Origin: Tubiluchus corallicola
Lineage: Eukaryota > Animalia > Priapulida
Direction of reading: 5' to 3'
NCBI GenBank assembly: GCA_030141605.1
Contig: JAQGDQ010001081.1
Span: forward strand, 1 to 64,000
Length of the DNA stretch: 64,000 nt
The position numbers were made by a program, and so were the translations under genes. Of this stretch, positions 34,001 through 44,400 are shown piece after piece; the stretch's first letter is position 1; the number at the start of each line of letters is the position of its first letter. The notes below the pieces were generated by a model. The model saw only the letters and a list, made by a program, of their open reading frames with translations. It was not told where the DNA came from and searched no databases.

Positions 34001-36684
34001 CCTTGAGCTTAGCTGGTTCCTTGACTAATGTTAAAGACCTGCAAACATCATCAGTGCCACCATTGAAAGGCTATCATTTTCCAGAAATGCACAATGAAGC
34101 AAATGCAAATTTAAGTTCAGTTAATGAAGAGATTCATCCTAATTCAAATATTCTAGATAGAACTATGCTGCTGAAGGAATCACAAATAATTGACAAAAAG
34201 TTAGAGGAGGAATCCTCGGCTAACCAGCAACCAACAAACTCTATCTCTTTGGACAATGGTGAAATTGTCAGCAATTTTCCAGAATCTTTTACAAACTATG
34301 TCCCTAGACATCGAGCAACTCCTCGACCAGCTATCCCCTCAGTATTTACGCGTCACTGTGAAGACGCTGTAAGAAGTCTTCTTAATAAGGAAAATCAACA
34401 AAGACAAGAAGAGTTGACTGACGATCAAATGATATTAGCTTCGGAAAAGTTTACCAGGGTTGATGGCAACCATTTAAACCAGAAAAAGTCTGATGTGACT
34501 GAGTTTATGACTAAGCACTCTGAAAATTCTGATGAGCAGAAAAATGGTGCTCAAGTCTCTTCATCAGTTGCTCTTACAGGCGGTAAAAACGTATATGCTC
34601 CTGAGGATAATGTTATGCAAGAAACAACAAGAAGCAGTGGAATACAAACAGAAACCGTGCATATCCCTACTCCCTATCCTTCCATATTCAAGAAAGAGCA
34701 AATGCTTTACATAAGAGAGAACAGTTTACAAACTATCACTGAAAGCTTTAAAGATCCAGGAAGTGCAGTGCCTTTGCATGTGACTGCAGATGTTAAGACA
34801 CCTTTCTCTCAAATGATAAACCATGATAAGATGGTGTTAAATCGACCTCCGATATTTGTTGACACTGTGCCAACTCCATGCACAGAAGAGTCAAAAGTCC
34901 GGTCTGATAGTCACTTCTTCGGAGAGACTTTATTACCATCGAATGCTCATAATCAGTCAGATTTTGATTTGACTCCTCTTAATGTAAAAGAAGCTCAAAA
35001 ACCTTTACTGCCAATTTCTTATTTAAATTTGCGGCAGATCGATCATGCAATAACTGCTGCATCTGCATCGATTAGAGAGGATTTGGATGAAAAAAAGCAT
35101 GAAAACATTACAGGCCAAAGTGAAATCCTTGAAGAAAAGCATTCCCCCCAAAGTATCGAAGCATCGAGCCATGTTTCATTTGAGTTTCAGGAAGATAAAA
35201 TTACTATCGGAGATTCTAGTTTGCAGAACACTGCTGATAGAGAACAAGAAAAAAAAGACACTGTTCTTGTTACATCAACCAATATTCTCAAAGGTATGCT
35301 AGGAGAAATCAAAAGTATTGAATGTGGTGTGAAAACAGAGAAACAAGAAAAAAACCTTTGGGTTTCTTTTAACAATAATGAAATAGATAACATTCCATTG
35401 AAAGAAGTAAGGTCAAATGATGAAACACCCGATATCAGTGGTCTATTTGCAGAAATCAATTATGCAAATTTTGATATAGCGTTTCCCAATAGAGAAACTG
35501 AAGAATATGCTAGAAACAAGGCTAATGCTGTTCATAATTCAAATGAAAATAGTAGGATAAATGATAACAGTAATGTGAATGAAACTTTTGAACAGTCTTT
35601 CGAAAACATGCCTACCCAAGATCAGGAAGTACTGAACATAATTTCTCCCAAAGCAAAACCAATTTTTGAATCTTCACGATTGCTAAGTGTAGATCAGCCT
35701 CAGACTGAACCAGTTGAATCCTCTATAGAGTTTAGTAACATCTATGATGATATTCCACTAGACGTTTCAACTGACATGATTGCCCACTATGCTGCCACTA
35801 TGGACGAAATGCTGAAAAATGACATACACAGTCTTTTTGGGGATCGTGAAGAAAAAATTTATATTTTTGAAAAACCAGTAGATGATCAACAAAATAACGC
35901 CCAGATAAGAGAATTATCTCAAGCTAAGAAAGAAGATTTCTGGCATGCAAATATAGAAAATAATATTACTGAAAATGTTTGGGAGGCGGAAAATACTGCA
36001 ACTACCTGCCATTCAGTTGCACATCATCGTTGCCTTGAAAACAATAGGCCGACGCCACAAAATCATGCTGTTGATGTAGCGGATGTCGAAATACAAGAGT
36101 TCAAGGAATGCATTAAGGGGATTGTTAGAAAGAGCAATAATGAAGTCACTGGAAATTCCTTTGATGCAAAGCCCCCCCAAAACTCCAACGATGAAATGAA
36201 CAGTTCAATCCCTGGCCTTGGATATGGAAAGTTTGTTTCTTTCAGGAATGGCATTGAAGATGTGGAGTTTCTAAACGAACATACAGGTGGACCGCTAGCT
36301 ATCGAAATCTCCGTTACTAGCTGCACTGGTGAAGTCACCTCCAATGAGAAAATAATTGTTTATCCAAGGCTAGACGCTTCTGAACCAATGTTGGGGTCTA
36401 GTGGCCTTCAATTTACTGACAGCGAAGCATCAAGTTGGTATGATAGCGACGAGTTTGATTTGATGGTCTCAACAAAGGATGGGGGAGTCAGGAGAAAAAA
36501 GAAATCTCGTAAAAAGCACCAAAACAAGGAACTCTGTGCAGAGAGAAATTGTAATGTAAATGCTAAAAAGCCTTCATTTTCTGACTGTCGTCCTTCTGGC
36601 AGTTTGAGTAAACAAGCAAAAAAATTAGTTATCGTAGCTGATCCGCCAGTTAAAAACAATAATTTATGTTGCTGGCCTCTTTAA
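19019..36684 (+). CDS. Uncharacterised ~1605-aa protein: ~225-aa helical N-terminal domain plus ~1380-aa acidic/Ser-rich disordered tail
   Basis: Exons 19019-19185, 20298-20477, 21999-22124, 30051-30146, 30700-30802, 32539-36684 join in frame (phases 2,2,2,2,0; 4818 nt): MEEVSNLASLRVDSND...CLTRKLTDHINSII...WHLLLLTCRVCQLIS...DILEEILYLLIAAARNSNEGLEAIRGL...VPR|NIVEDLLHKQ...CCWPL*. The last exon is the 1398-aa ORF of the track. No family recognised. Confidence 0.8.
23237..23477. mobile_element. Candidate solo LTR (241 bp)
   Basis: Starts TGTTGTGT, ends ACACAACA (perfect 8-bp terminal inverted repeat, TG...CA). Internal gaacaatct/gaactttcta/tctagattgttc motifs. No matching TSD seen. Confidence 0.4.
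23850..23920. repeat. (CA)/(CACG)-rich microsatellite within LINE 3' UTR
   Basis: Direct reading. Confidence 0.85.
24200..26804 (-). pseudogene. Fragmented LINE ORF2 (APE endonuclease-reverse transcriptase)
   Basis: ORF-track fragments 25924-26319, 25632-25868, 25288-25635, 25087-25269, 24332-24580 and 24202-24420 are collinear with an APE-RT polyprotein. Confidence 0.9.
27707..29536 (-). pseudogene. Fragmented LINE ORF1 with SGNH/GDSL esterase-like domain
   Basis: Fragments 28734-29306, 28420-28668, 28079-28315 and 27707-28078. GD(S>L), GxND and DGLH blocks occur in the correct order. Confidence 0.8.
32539..36684 (+). CDS. 4.1-kb terminal coding exon of the above gene
   Basis: Uninterrupted 1381-codon frame after a phase-0 acceptor (ttactttttcag|AAT ATA GTT). 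S/E/N/T/D-rich composition. Confidence 0.92.
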   Translation, partial: NIVEDLLHKQIAAAETVECSRTDVLQSLTIATGDKELLDIEAACPPSPPPPTPASTSLFTGNDEETKFCYINETNRAKAKSSPVGMTVAKHTPSRASKIIDVQLLKEKLSVLAEYDEQVNLQEFSENEELCSFQEVAHDDPCYKFDKDTSETDAHHVHEFHNLSVVSEKEQMRCDSTVTDASAISADLDVFNAKAFCEELTTESSSVMPVSIATETVRSCSNDALFLFSKLEYNVTETEFHPAFETECDNTVQDTPLLASHSERLGSTVNLLTSESVGDSSNLITFSAKPDSTRDEHKSHLYNGVCRDVGSSFIHCSASEQEHVMIPLQNLNNISNVSSPDNLVNDLPTASITANPLSSPCESLNSSGSRTDLSVTGLMQSYQPSRSVESPFCHNDKELANGSYSWERRSKEAMERHNSCPAQLDKEASSVTLFCQADRKHSLAESNTSCKDTVLCATSLESVNLSHTESLEFLVDLKSQQQQLTDSSLSLAGSLTNVKDLQTSSVPPLKGYHFPEMHNEANANLSSVNEEIHPNSNILDRTMLLKESQIIDKKLEEESSANQQPTNSISLDNGEIVSNFPESFTNYVPRHRATPRPAIPSVFTRHCEDAVRSLLNKENQQRQEELTDDQMILASEKFTRVDGNHLNQKKSDVTEFMTKHSENSDEQKNGAQVSSSVALTGGKNVYAPEDNVMQETTRSSGIQTETVHIPTPYPSIFKKEQMLYIRENSLQTITESFKDPGSAVPLHVTADVKTPFSQMINHDKMVLNRPPIFVDTVPTPCTEESKVRSDSHFFGETLLPSNAHNQSDFDLTPLNVKEAQKPLLPISYLNLRQIDHAITAASASIREDLDEKKHENITGQSEILEEKHSPQSIEASSHVSFEFQEDKITIGDSSLQNTADREQEKKDTVLVTSTNILKGMLGEIKSIECGVKTEKQEKNLWVSFNNNEIDNIPLKEVRSNDETPDISGLFAEINYANFDIAFPNRETEEYARNKANAVHNSNENSRINDNSNVNETFEQSFENMPTQDQEVLNIISPKAKPIFESSRLLSVDQPQTEPVESSIEFSNIYDDIPLDVSTDMIAHYAATMDEMLKNDIHSLFGDREEKIYIFEKPVDDQQNNAQIRELSQAKKEDFWHANIENNITENVWEAENTATTCHSVAHHRCLENNRPTPQNHAVDVADVEIQEFKECIKGIVRKSNNEVTGNSFDAKPPQNSNDEMNSSIPGLGYGKFVSFRNGIEDVEFLNEHTGGPLAIEISVTSCTGEVTSNEKIIVYPRLDASEPMLGSSGLQFTDSEASSWYDSDEFDLMVSTKDGGVRRKKKSRKKHQNKELCAERNCNVNAKKPSFSDCRPSGSLSKQAKKLVIVADPPVKNNNLCCWPL

Positions 36685-38711
36685 CCGCAGCGACAGTATC
36701 ATGATAGATCTATAACCAGTTTTGTTTTTTCTTTAGTAACATTCTCAAGTTTAAGCTTTCGAGATTTACTCACAGTTTAAGTAATTTAATATGTTGATTT
36801 TGTAGTCCTTTTTCCATATTTACCATTATGTTTATATCTAAATGCAATCAGTATGCTTTTATGTGAAGGCACATTTTGAGGACTGATGCGGTGATCATTA
36901 AAATTAATTACAGTTTCTAAACTGGCAGTGAAACTATGCTTCTGATTCTGCTGCATTTTGCATTGTTTGGGTGTGTTTAATATGCTAACTAGTTTTGTTA
37001 TAATTATAGGACTAATGGAATGTTAAGCTAACAAGAGGTTGATTAAATCCTATTGTAGTGTGAACTGTGAGGTTAAACTTTTATATAACTGCATTCTTTG
37101 TTTATTAATTACTGTTGCAGCTTACTGATAGTATGTGATTTGTTTTGTATATGAGTATTATATATTATTGAAATACCTGTACAGGTTAATGATATCATAG
37201 ACTTCGCTAATTTATTTTTGTAATCGTTAATCTAGCAATCTCAGTTTGAGAAGACAAAATGTCTTGCAATGTTATTATGCAAATTATAGTTTGTTTTAGA
37301 TTTAATTGTTGTTGTGTTAAATTAGCCATCGTCTATGCACATATGTTTAGTGTTATGTCTTTGCCAAAAACTAATCCGTATTTTGCATTTCTGTATGTAC
37401 TTAAAAAACACTTGATGCTAGCATGATAATATATTTTTGTTATGGAGCTAATTATGATATTAACACCCGCTGTATAGTTTATAATTGTTTACAAATGTTG
37501 TGATCCACTAATCAGTGTGTTTGACTAATTACTTCCTGAATTAATTTTTTTACAACCGGCTATGGCCACAGTTAGGATTCTTTATCAAAATAATTTCCAT
37601 GCTTGAATGTACTTGTATACCAGTACATAAAATCCTCACTAATCAAGCGTCAGCCGGTGTGTTGTAAACTGTTAAATTATAACCTGAAAATTTAGTAAGA
37701 CTAATATACTTGCTATTCAAAAACAATTAATTTTTCTTTATTGCTTATTATTGTATATGTTTTACTAAATTACACTACACATTAAAATTCACATTATTTT
37801 CACTCAACACTGGCCTGATTTTTAACGACGTAATATCATCAGTACTGTGCTACGTACTCGGTATCCGTCAACTTTTTATAACACATCAGAACCCTTGGAA
37901 TGATGCAATAGTGGACTCATTGATTGATTGCGTTATACGGCTGCATGGATATCAACGTTTAAAGCTTTATTAAGGCTTCGCTCACTCATCGCATGCTAAT
38001 ATGTTCTTGTACAATGTAAGTGTATAAAATTATAAATGTAACTTCTTGAGTGATCGCCCGGACTGTCTGCAAAACTGTTGTATAACAAGTTACAATACCA
38101 TCGTCAACAGGAAAATTTTGACTCAGTTTAATTGGTCATTTAATTACTTAATTAACTCATGGCTGTGCCATTTAAAACTTTTACGTAATGTACTTACTTA
38201 ATTCAGACTTTATATTGATTAAATTTACACGTCTTTATTGTTGAGATTACCGACTTTATTATGCATTAAATGAATAAATATTACGTTTTCAGTTATGTAC
38301 AGATTTTTGACATTGAAGACATTAAATAATAATAAAATTAATATTAATTTCATGGAGATTAAATATTGCATAAGATAGTGTGTTTCATGAAAAGTTAGAT
38401 TGAAATGCTGAATTCGTTGCACATATATACGAGGTTAACGTAGCTAGAAATTAATACTAATTACGTTAAGTAAATTTAAATGAAGATGACTTGTAATACA
38501 AATGATATCCTTGTAAGCTGTTCAATTTTTAAAGCTTCGAAGCTAATCATAGTAATAAATTACTTCACTTTTTATATTTTAAATATATCTAGGACATAAA
38601 TTAAAGCACTTCATTTCAGTAACAATACTCAAGATATACATGCGCAGTTTGCTCTTCCACTATTCAGAGGAATGAGACAAAAGCAACAAGAGTATTAAAC
38701 TGCATCATCTG

Positions 38712-39577
38712 TATGTAGTAAAAATAGCACAGGAAAAAATGACATAGATGGAAATTAGGTAAAAATGGCACACTTAGAGCACGTGTTTAGAGTTAGAGCA
38801 AAGTGGGTGATGACTATTTTAGTTATTTTTACCTCTGCGGTGGAAGTTATGCTTCAACACAGGTTGTATGCTTGGTTGTTTTTTGTCTGCTATGGCAGTA
38901 ATACCAAAATACGAATATTTACGCCAGTTCTGTTTTTGGAAAAAATTGACCGAAAAAATAATCGTGAAACACTTCGTGGAGGTCTCAGAGGGAGTGTTTA
39001 GTATTTTTTGTTATCCTCCTGGACAAACAACTACGAGTTAGTTCTAGTTCCATTTCGAGCAATTCTCGTTTGTAAAACCACGCAACGTTGTCCAGATGAC
39101 TTGGTGCGTATATATTTGCCAATCTCAAAAATTAATGGTTAAAAAGGTAGATAAACACTATGTGGAACATTCGTGAATTACTGAATGTACATATAAATCT
39201 ATTTAATGAACACATTTTTTGTGAGTCTATTGCTAGTTTACATACGTAATGCCAATACATGTACATTTTTGTATACTTGCTTGTTTATATTTGTGTTAAC
39301 TTTTTTAATCAAAAGAATCAGACGAATAAGTTTAGGATTGTTCGGCTTTGTCAGAGATCAGCTTCCTACTGAGCACATTCTAGCTTTATTACAGAAATCT
39401 ATTGCATCAAAATAACGTGCCATTTTTCCTACTTTTCCATTTGTGCCATTTTCCTGTGCTATTTCTACCTACTTTTACATTTATGCCACTTTTCCTATGC
39501 GATTTTCGTCTTGCCATTTTTTCCTTTGCCATTTTTACTGTGCAGTTTTTCCTGTGCCATTTTCCTGTACCACACAC
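38712..39577. mobile_element. Foldback/MITE-like non-autonomous DNA element with modular inverted arms
   Basis: aaatagcacaggaaaaaatgacatagatggaaattaggtaaaaatggcac (~38723-38772) is the imperfect reverse complement of 39417-39464. The right arm has about 10 short tgccattttt(c/a)c units to ~39570. Confidence 0.7.
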
Positions 39578-39926
39578 CGCATCATACGTATAAAGTTTTG
39601 TGTAGCATGTTCATGCATGCACATCAATGTTTCACCAGCATTTCCTTGTGTGATCTTAAATTATTAACTCACTGGATGACTTAGTTTCTTGAGTTGCCGA
39701 CAAATCCACTTTTCCTTTAACAATGTGCCATTCTAAAAAAACGTTTATAATAAAAAGTGTCTACACTCAAACAAACATTCAGTCAAAAGTATTAAATAAT
39801 ATCCTGCAAACTTGGTGGAATGTTAAAATCACATCAGTAAATTTTCAAGGCGGGTCGTCCAAGCATAAATAATTAAACACTTAATAAGTAACATAACAAA
39901 CCAAATTGTTTCGGGCATTTTTTAGT

Positions 39927-41492
39927 TTAAACAAGGGATTCTCTGGCTTCCTGTAAGGATCGCCACCAGTCACTATGTGAAAGAGAAACTGAACTGGAGA
40001 AAGTGCTTTCCTCCAGTCTTGCAGTTTCTCTTTCTATTTGCTCTCTCAGACACTGCAATGTCATTAATAGTCTCTGTTTGCGATATAACATCAGCTGACA
40101 CCGAAACTGAATTATTTCCTCCTTCCACAAATGATGCTTGTCTAGTGGCTGACTGCTTACACGACACAATCTTTGCATATCTCTCGATCTTTTTCTGTAA
40201 CGTGCTTGTTCCACTGGTAGGCTTGGTTGACTTCCTGCAATTCCATGCCTCAACTGCATTTCTATAAGATGTTGAACATCGGTCAAGCTCCGAACTCTCT
40301 CTTCTTTATCTATTTTCATCCTCATGTGTCTGTGCATGCTGGTATTGCTCGATAAAGAACCATTGCTCCGATAAACCGAAGCCGAAGAACTAAAATTTGA
40401 AGTAAAGTCATTTAAAATATTAGGAGATGGGCGAGACGTATGTTTCTGATCTTCCATTAACAGTGTGCTGGACTGAGCATAAGAGTCATGATAAGCATCC
40501 ATATCACCTTCGTGAATAATTTCATCCGTAAAACTGGCATCTTTGCTATTGAATTCCTCATTATCAGCTAAATAAGAATCGATGACATCTTCAATTGACT
40601 CGGTAACACTTCTCGTAATACTGACTGCATTGCGTGCATCTCTAATACCAGATTCGTTATTGCAAGACATTTGTGGTTCTACCATTTTGAGAGTGTGGTC
40701 ATCTTGGGGCGTACTTGGTTCAGAATTTGATAGCTGTGTTCCTGTATTACTTTCGAAGCCGGAATCGTTCAGTTCAGTTTCTTGCAGTAAAGATTTATTG
40801 TGCTTAGCAGGTGAACCTTTATCTGGTGAATTAGACATTTTATATGTGATATTTACCTTTGTCCGCTTAAAGTCGTACGGACCCTCTTCGCTGTCAAAAT
40901 CAAGTGATGTAACTGAACTGCTGTCACCTAAATATGCTTCTTCCTCATCTTCTCCTCCTGACTCTGACGAAATGTCAGACATTTCATCATCATATAGATC
41001 TGCTATATCTGGTGGTGCAGGCCATTCAATTCGTGCTTCTCCTTTAAGTACTGATCCACCTGAATTTTGCACTTTTTCAATTGATGCTTGAAATGATCGT
41101 TTCTGTGGTCCAACCCATGGATTTGTTTTGATCATGCTACGGCGTATGTTCTTTTCTTTCTGCGTTTCATTCGCTTCTTCTGAATCGGTTGTTGTTTCTT
41201 CTTTTGATCCGTATCCTGCATCTTGACTGCTTGTGTCAGAATGGCTTGCATCAATAGAGACATTGAAGAAGCAGCCGTTCCCTCCCCGCAGTACCATGCC
41301 TGTTAATCCACGATATGACTTCTCTTCATTTGTACCACTGCCATCAATGATTTGCAGAGCATCATTGCTTACTTCAACGTCATGCTTCTTGCTGTTATCC
41401 TTTGACTTGTTTTTAAACGGGTTTTCTTTTATTTTTGCACGTTTCTTGCTTCTGTCCAAAGTAGAAACGAGCCAACCCCGCAGTCGCCTCAT
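39927..41492 (-). CDS. Uncharacterised 521-aa largely disordered protein with a C-terminal helical/coiled-coil segment
   Basis: Long ORF 39927-41513 of the track. Splice acceptor ttgctttttgcag| places the exon start at 41507, and the first ATG is at 41492 (MRRLRGWLVS...). Motifs IKTNPW, EWPAPPD, DSGFES. Upstream exon(s) not identified. Confidence 0.85.
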   Translation of the reverse strand: MRRLRGWLVSTLDRSKKRAKIKENPFKNKSKDNSKKHDVEVSNDALQIIDGSGTNEEKSYRGLTGMVLRGGNGCFFNVSIDASHSDTSSQDAGYGSKEETTTDSEEANETQKEKNIRRSMIKTNPWVGPQKRSFQASIEKVQNSGGSVLKGEARIEWPAPPDIADLYDDEMSDISSESGGEDEEEAYLGDSSSVTSLDFDSEEGPYDFKRTKVNITYKMSNSPDKGSPAKHNKSLLQETELNDSGFESNTGTQLSNSEPSTPQDDHTLKMVEPQMSCNNESGIRDARNAVSITRSVTESIEDVIDSYLADNEEFNSKDASFTDEIIHEGDMDAYHDSYAQSSTLLMEDQKHTSRPSPNILNDFTSNFSSSASVYRSNGSLSSNTSMHRHMRMKIDKEERVRSLTDVQHLIEMQLRHGIAGSQPSLPVEQARYRKRSRDMQRLCRVSSQPLDKHHLWKEEIIQFRCQLMLYRKQRLLMTLQCLREQIERETARLEESTFSSSVSLSHSDWWRSLQEARESLV

Positions 41493-44400
41493 TGTGAAAC
41501 TATACACCTGCAAAAAGCAAGATGCAACTTCTGTTAAATTAAGCGTTTTTAAAGTACAATTCTCGCATGTTTAAACTTCCGCATTTGTTCAAAACGAAAA
41601 CGTAAAAATTTGTTTATTTCATTTCGTTTATAATCTTGTCCACATCCAATTTCGTCCAACTCGATTTTAGAATCCTCGCAAATCTTTCAATCAAATAAAC
41701 TGATTTATCGTGCCAGCCGCTTGTTAAAGCGCGGAACATCGGGGAATATTTTATCAGTAACTTCAGAGATATATTTGGTCTATTGGGAAACCAAACTTAA
41801 TGATAAACGGGCAATTAAGTTTCCCGGTCGCTTACACTGCCGTAAAGTTCTGAAGCAAACTGATGAGAAATTGATTGAATTATTGGAAGTGGGTCGTGTA
41901 GTGCAGGTCCGCAGAGTAATAAAGTAAAACAATAGGAATAGCACTGAACAAGATAGCCGTATTAACAGACAATCGAGTAGAATAGCCAGAAGTTAGAAAC
42001 ATTGATCAAAACGTTTTTAGCCAATAAAATGGATAAATATCACAGCGATCTTATAAAATTAAGGTGTGGCCATAGATGAGATGGCAGAAAGCACTAACGA
42101 GAAAGAAAAAAGGAGTCAAACAGAAAACACCTTGTAGGCTGTAGCGAGCCTACCATATGAATGGATGAATTCATATAAATCCATTAATAATTAAAAAGTA
42201 GGCCTAAGCAGATATACTGTAGTAAATAAAGTGCTAGCGACATAGAGGTTATAAAGGTTCGTTTTCTACAATATCATTTCTTATGACTTAATACTTTTAA
42301 TTTTATATCCATTGTAAATGGTCCAGCAGTAGTAACAACTACATGTACAGTACTAGCAATGTTGTAGTAAACGTTACTAAATGATTACGCATCAGTTTTT
42401 ATGATACATGAAAACTTTGTACTTTAACTGCCTCTTTTTAAGAAGAAAATCTAGCAAAGAATTAGTGTTAAGTAGTCTTGTTCACAATTATATTCAGTAA
42501 CAGGTAGTTAACTTGTTTTATTTTATTGCTTTATTTTTAAATACCCTGCTTTGTTTGTCAACGACTTTCTATTAGTTTAATGTTTCACTAAAGCCTGCGT
42601 ATTTGTGGTTTCTTCCAAGCAGCAGACTTGGTTATTTTTTCTGTGCGAAATATGATTTTTTGTCTGTCTTTTACTGGGCAATGTTATTTTTCAAATTGCA
42701 ACATTGGCAAAAATGATTTTTGCCAGAATTTTTCACGTCGTATAATGCGGGAGACACACAGTAGACTGGATTATAATGCACGTTTTACTGGCGTTCAGAA
42801 TGACATCATAGCTAGATCGAATACGTTGGACTGATGGGGCATTTTTCGTGCGCAACAAATAACAGTAATATTTCACACGAGCTTCACTCTATAGCCTGAA
42901 AACAAGCACATTTTTCTTAAACCTGTAAGAAAGCACTAAAAACTCTAAAATAAAGTGCTATTAAAAATAAATTCGTGGCATGTATTATTTGTCTGCGTTA
43001 ATATTTGATTACATTTTACTTAAATGTTACCACAAAGATACGCTCGGTGCGACGCCAAAGGAAGTAATTTCATTATTCAGTACTAAAAATTTACTGCAAT
43101 TATTTTACCCCAATCGATTTATTCTTTCCTTAATGATCAAGCTTTTCCCACAGCTGAGCCGCTTTTCAAGACTGAAAGCTGCAAACGTTTTTTAAGTATT
43201 CAGTATTTCAGTATTTAAGGCATTCTGAATTTCAGATGTTTACAATGACAATTTCTCATCAGAGGAAAAGAGGAAAATGTAATAAGCTGCATTTAATTAA
43301 ATTTGTAAATGTTTGTCAGTAAAATATTGGCAAGTAAGCTTATAGCTGTATTTGCCACTGTGCAGTTTTGGACGTCTGGTTGACCTAAAATGCCAAATCA
43401 TGTCGTTAAAGAAGCTGACAAGGTTTGGCTAACAAACGGAGTATATAATTGTCTAAAAACAGCGAAATAGTATAGTACGTCTGTCCTAGCTGCCTTGGTT
43501 TATGTAAAGGTATTGACAAATAAAGGAAAGGCAGCTAAAGGCAAGACCTTCTTTAAAGTAGTTATTACAGCCACTTTATTTAAAAAATCTCTTCTGCCCT
43601 GCGAAATTAACAGACAGCCATATAATCAGTCCAAATTATTTGAATGCGACTCATAACTGACTGTTTCTCTAACAAAAAACAACAATAAACCGAGAATAAT
43701 AAGAAAGTTCTTTTGTCACAAGAAAACGGGTGATAACCAATTACGTCGTTGCGTGCAACTGGCAAAAAGTATACCGCATCATATGCGTTATGTTGGATAA
43801 CCTGACTGTAAGCTATGTAGCTTGAAGCTTTTGTCACAAATCAATAAACGTTTAGGCAAATAGCGTTCTTACGACATCAAAAAGCCTTTATTGATTATGA
43901 CAGTAATTGTTTCAAAATTCTTCTAAGTTGGTCCCTGTTGTCGCTAATAGCTTCGCAAGGGTATGTCTAGTTTAAGACTCTAGAGCTAATACTTTCGAGG
44001 ATCTATTATATTTAGTTAACAGAGCAAACTAAACAAAACAAATGTGCCACGCATTTATCAGTTCTCAATTCAAGCAGATTATTCAGTTTTTTATGTGCTG
44101 AAATAAACTTTAGATAAATAAGAAATAAATATTAAGCTTTTCATGCTTACAATAACTTTAACAGATAAGGTAAAGTTTGTGACAGCTGCACCTAAAAGTC
44201 TAAAACTGTGCTTATAGTTATGTACTACAAGTTATGAACGGAAGAAAACAACCGTATTACGACGATCACCACACTAAGGCAAACAGCAATAGTCGACAAA
44301 AAGTTCTCGTGGCTGTGGTTTGCGCCCCAGTCGCAAATCATTCGTGCGAAGTTCTAAATAATTTTTTTGCGAATTTGGATTTTTTTCTCGGGCGAAAATC

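Noticed and set aside
40582-41574. Plus-strand ORFs of 169 and 113 aa
   Set aside because: Antisense shadows of the real minus-strand CDS.
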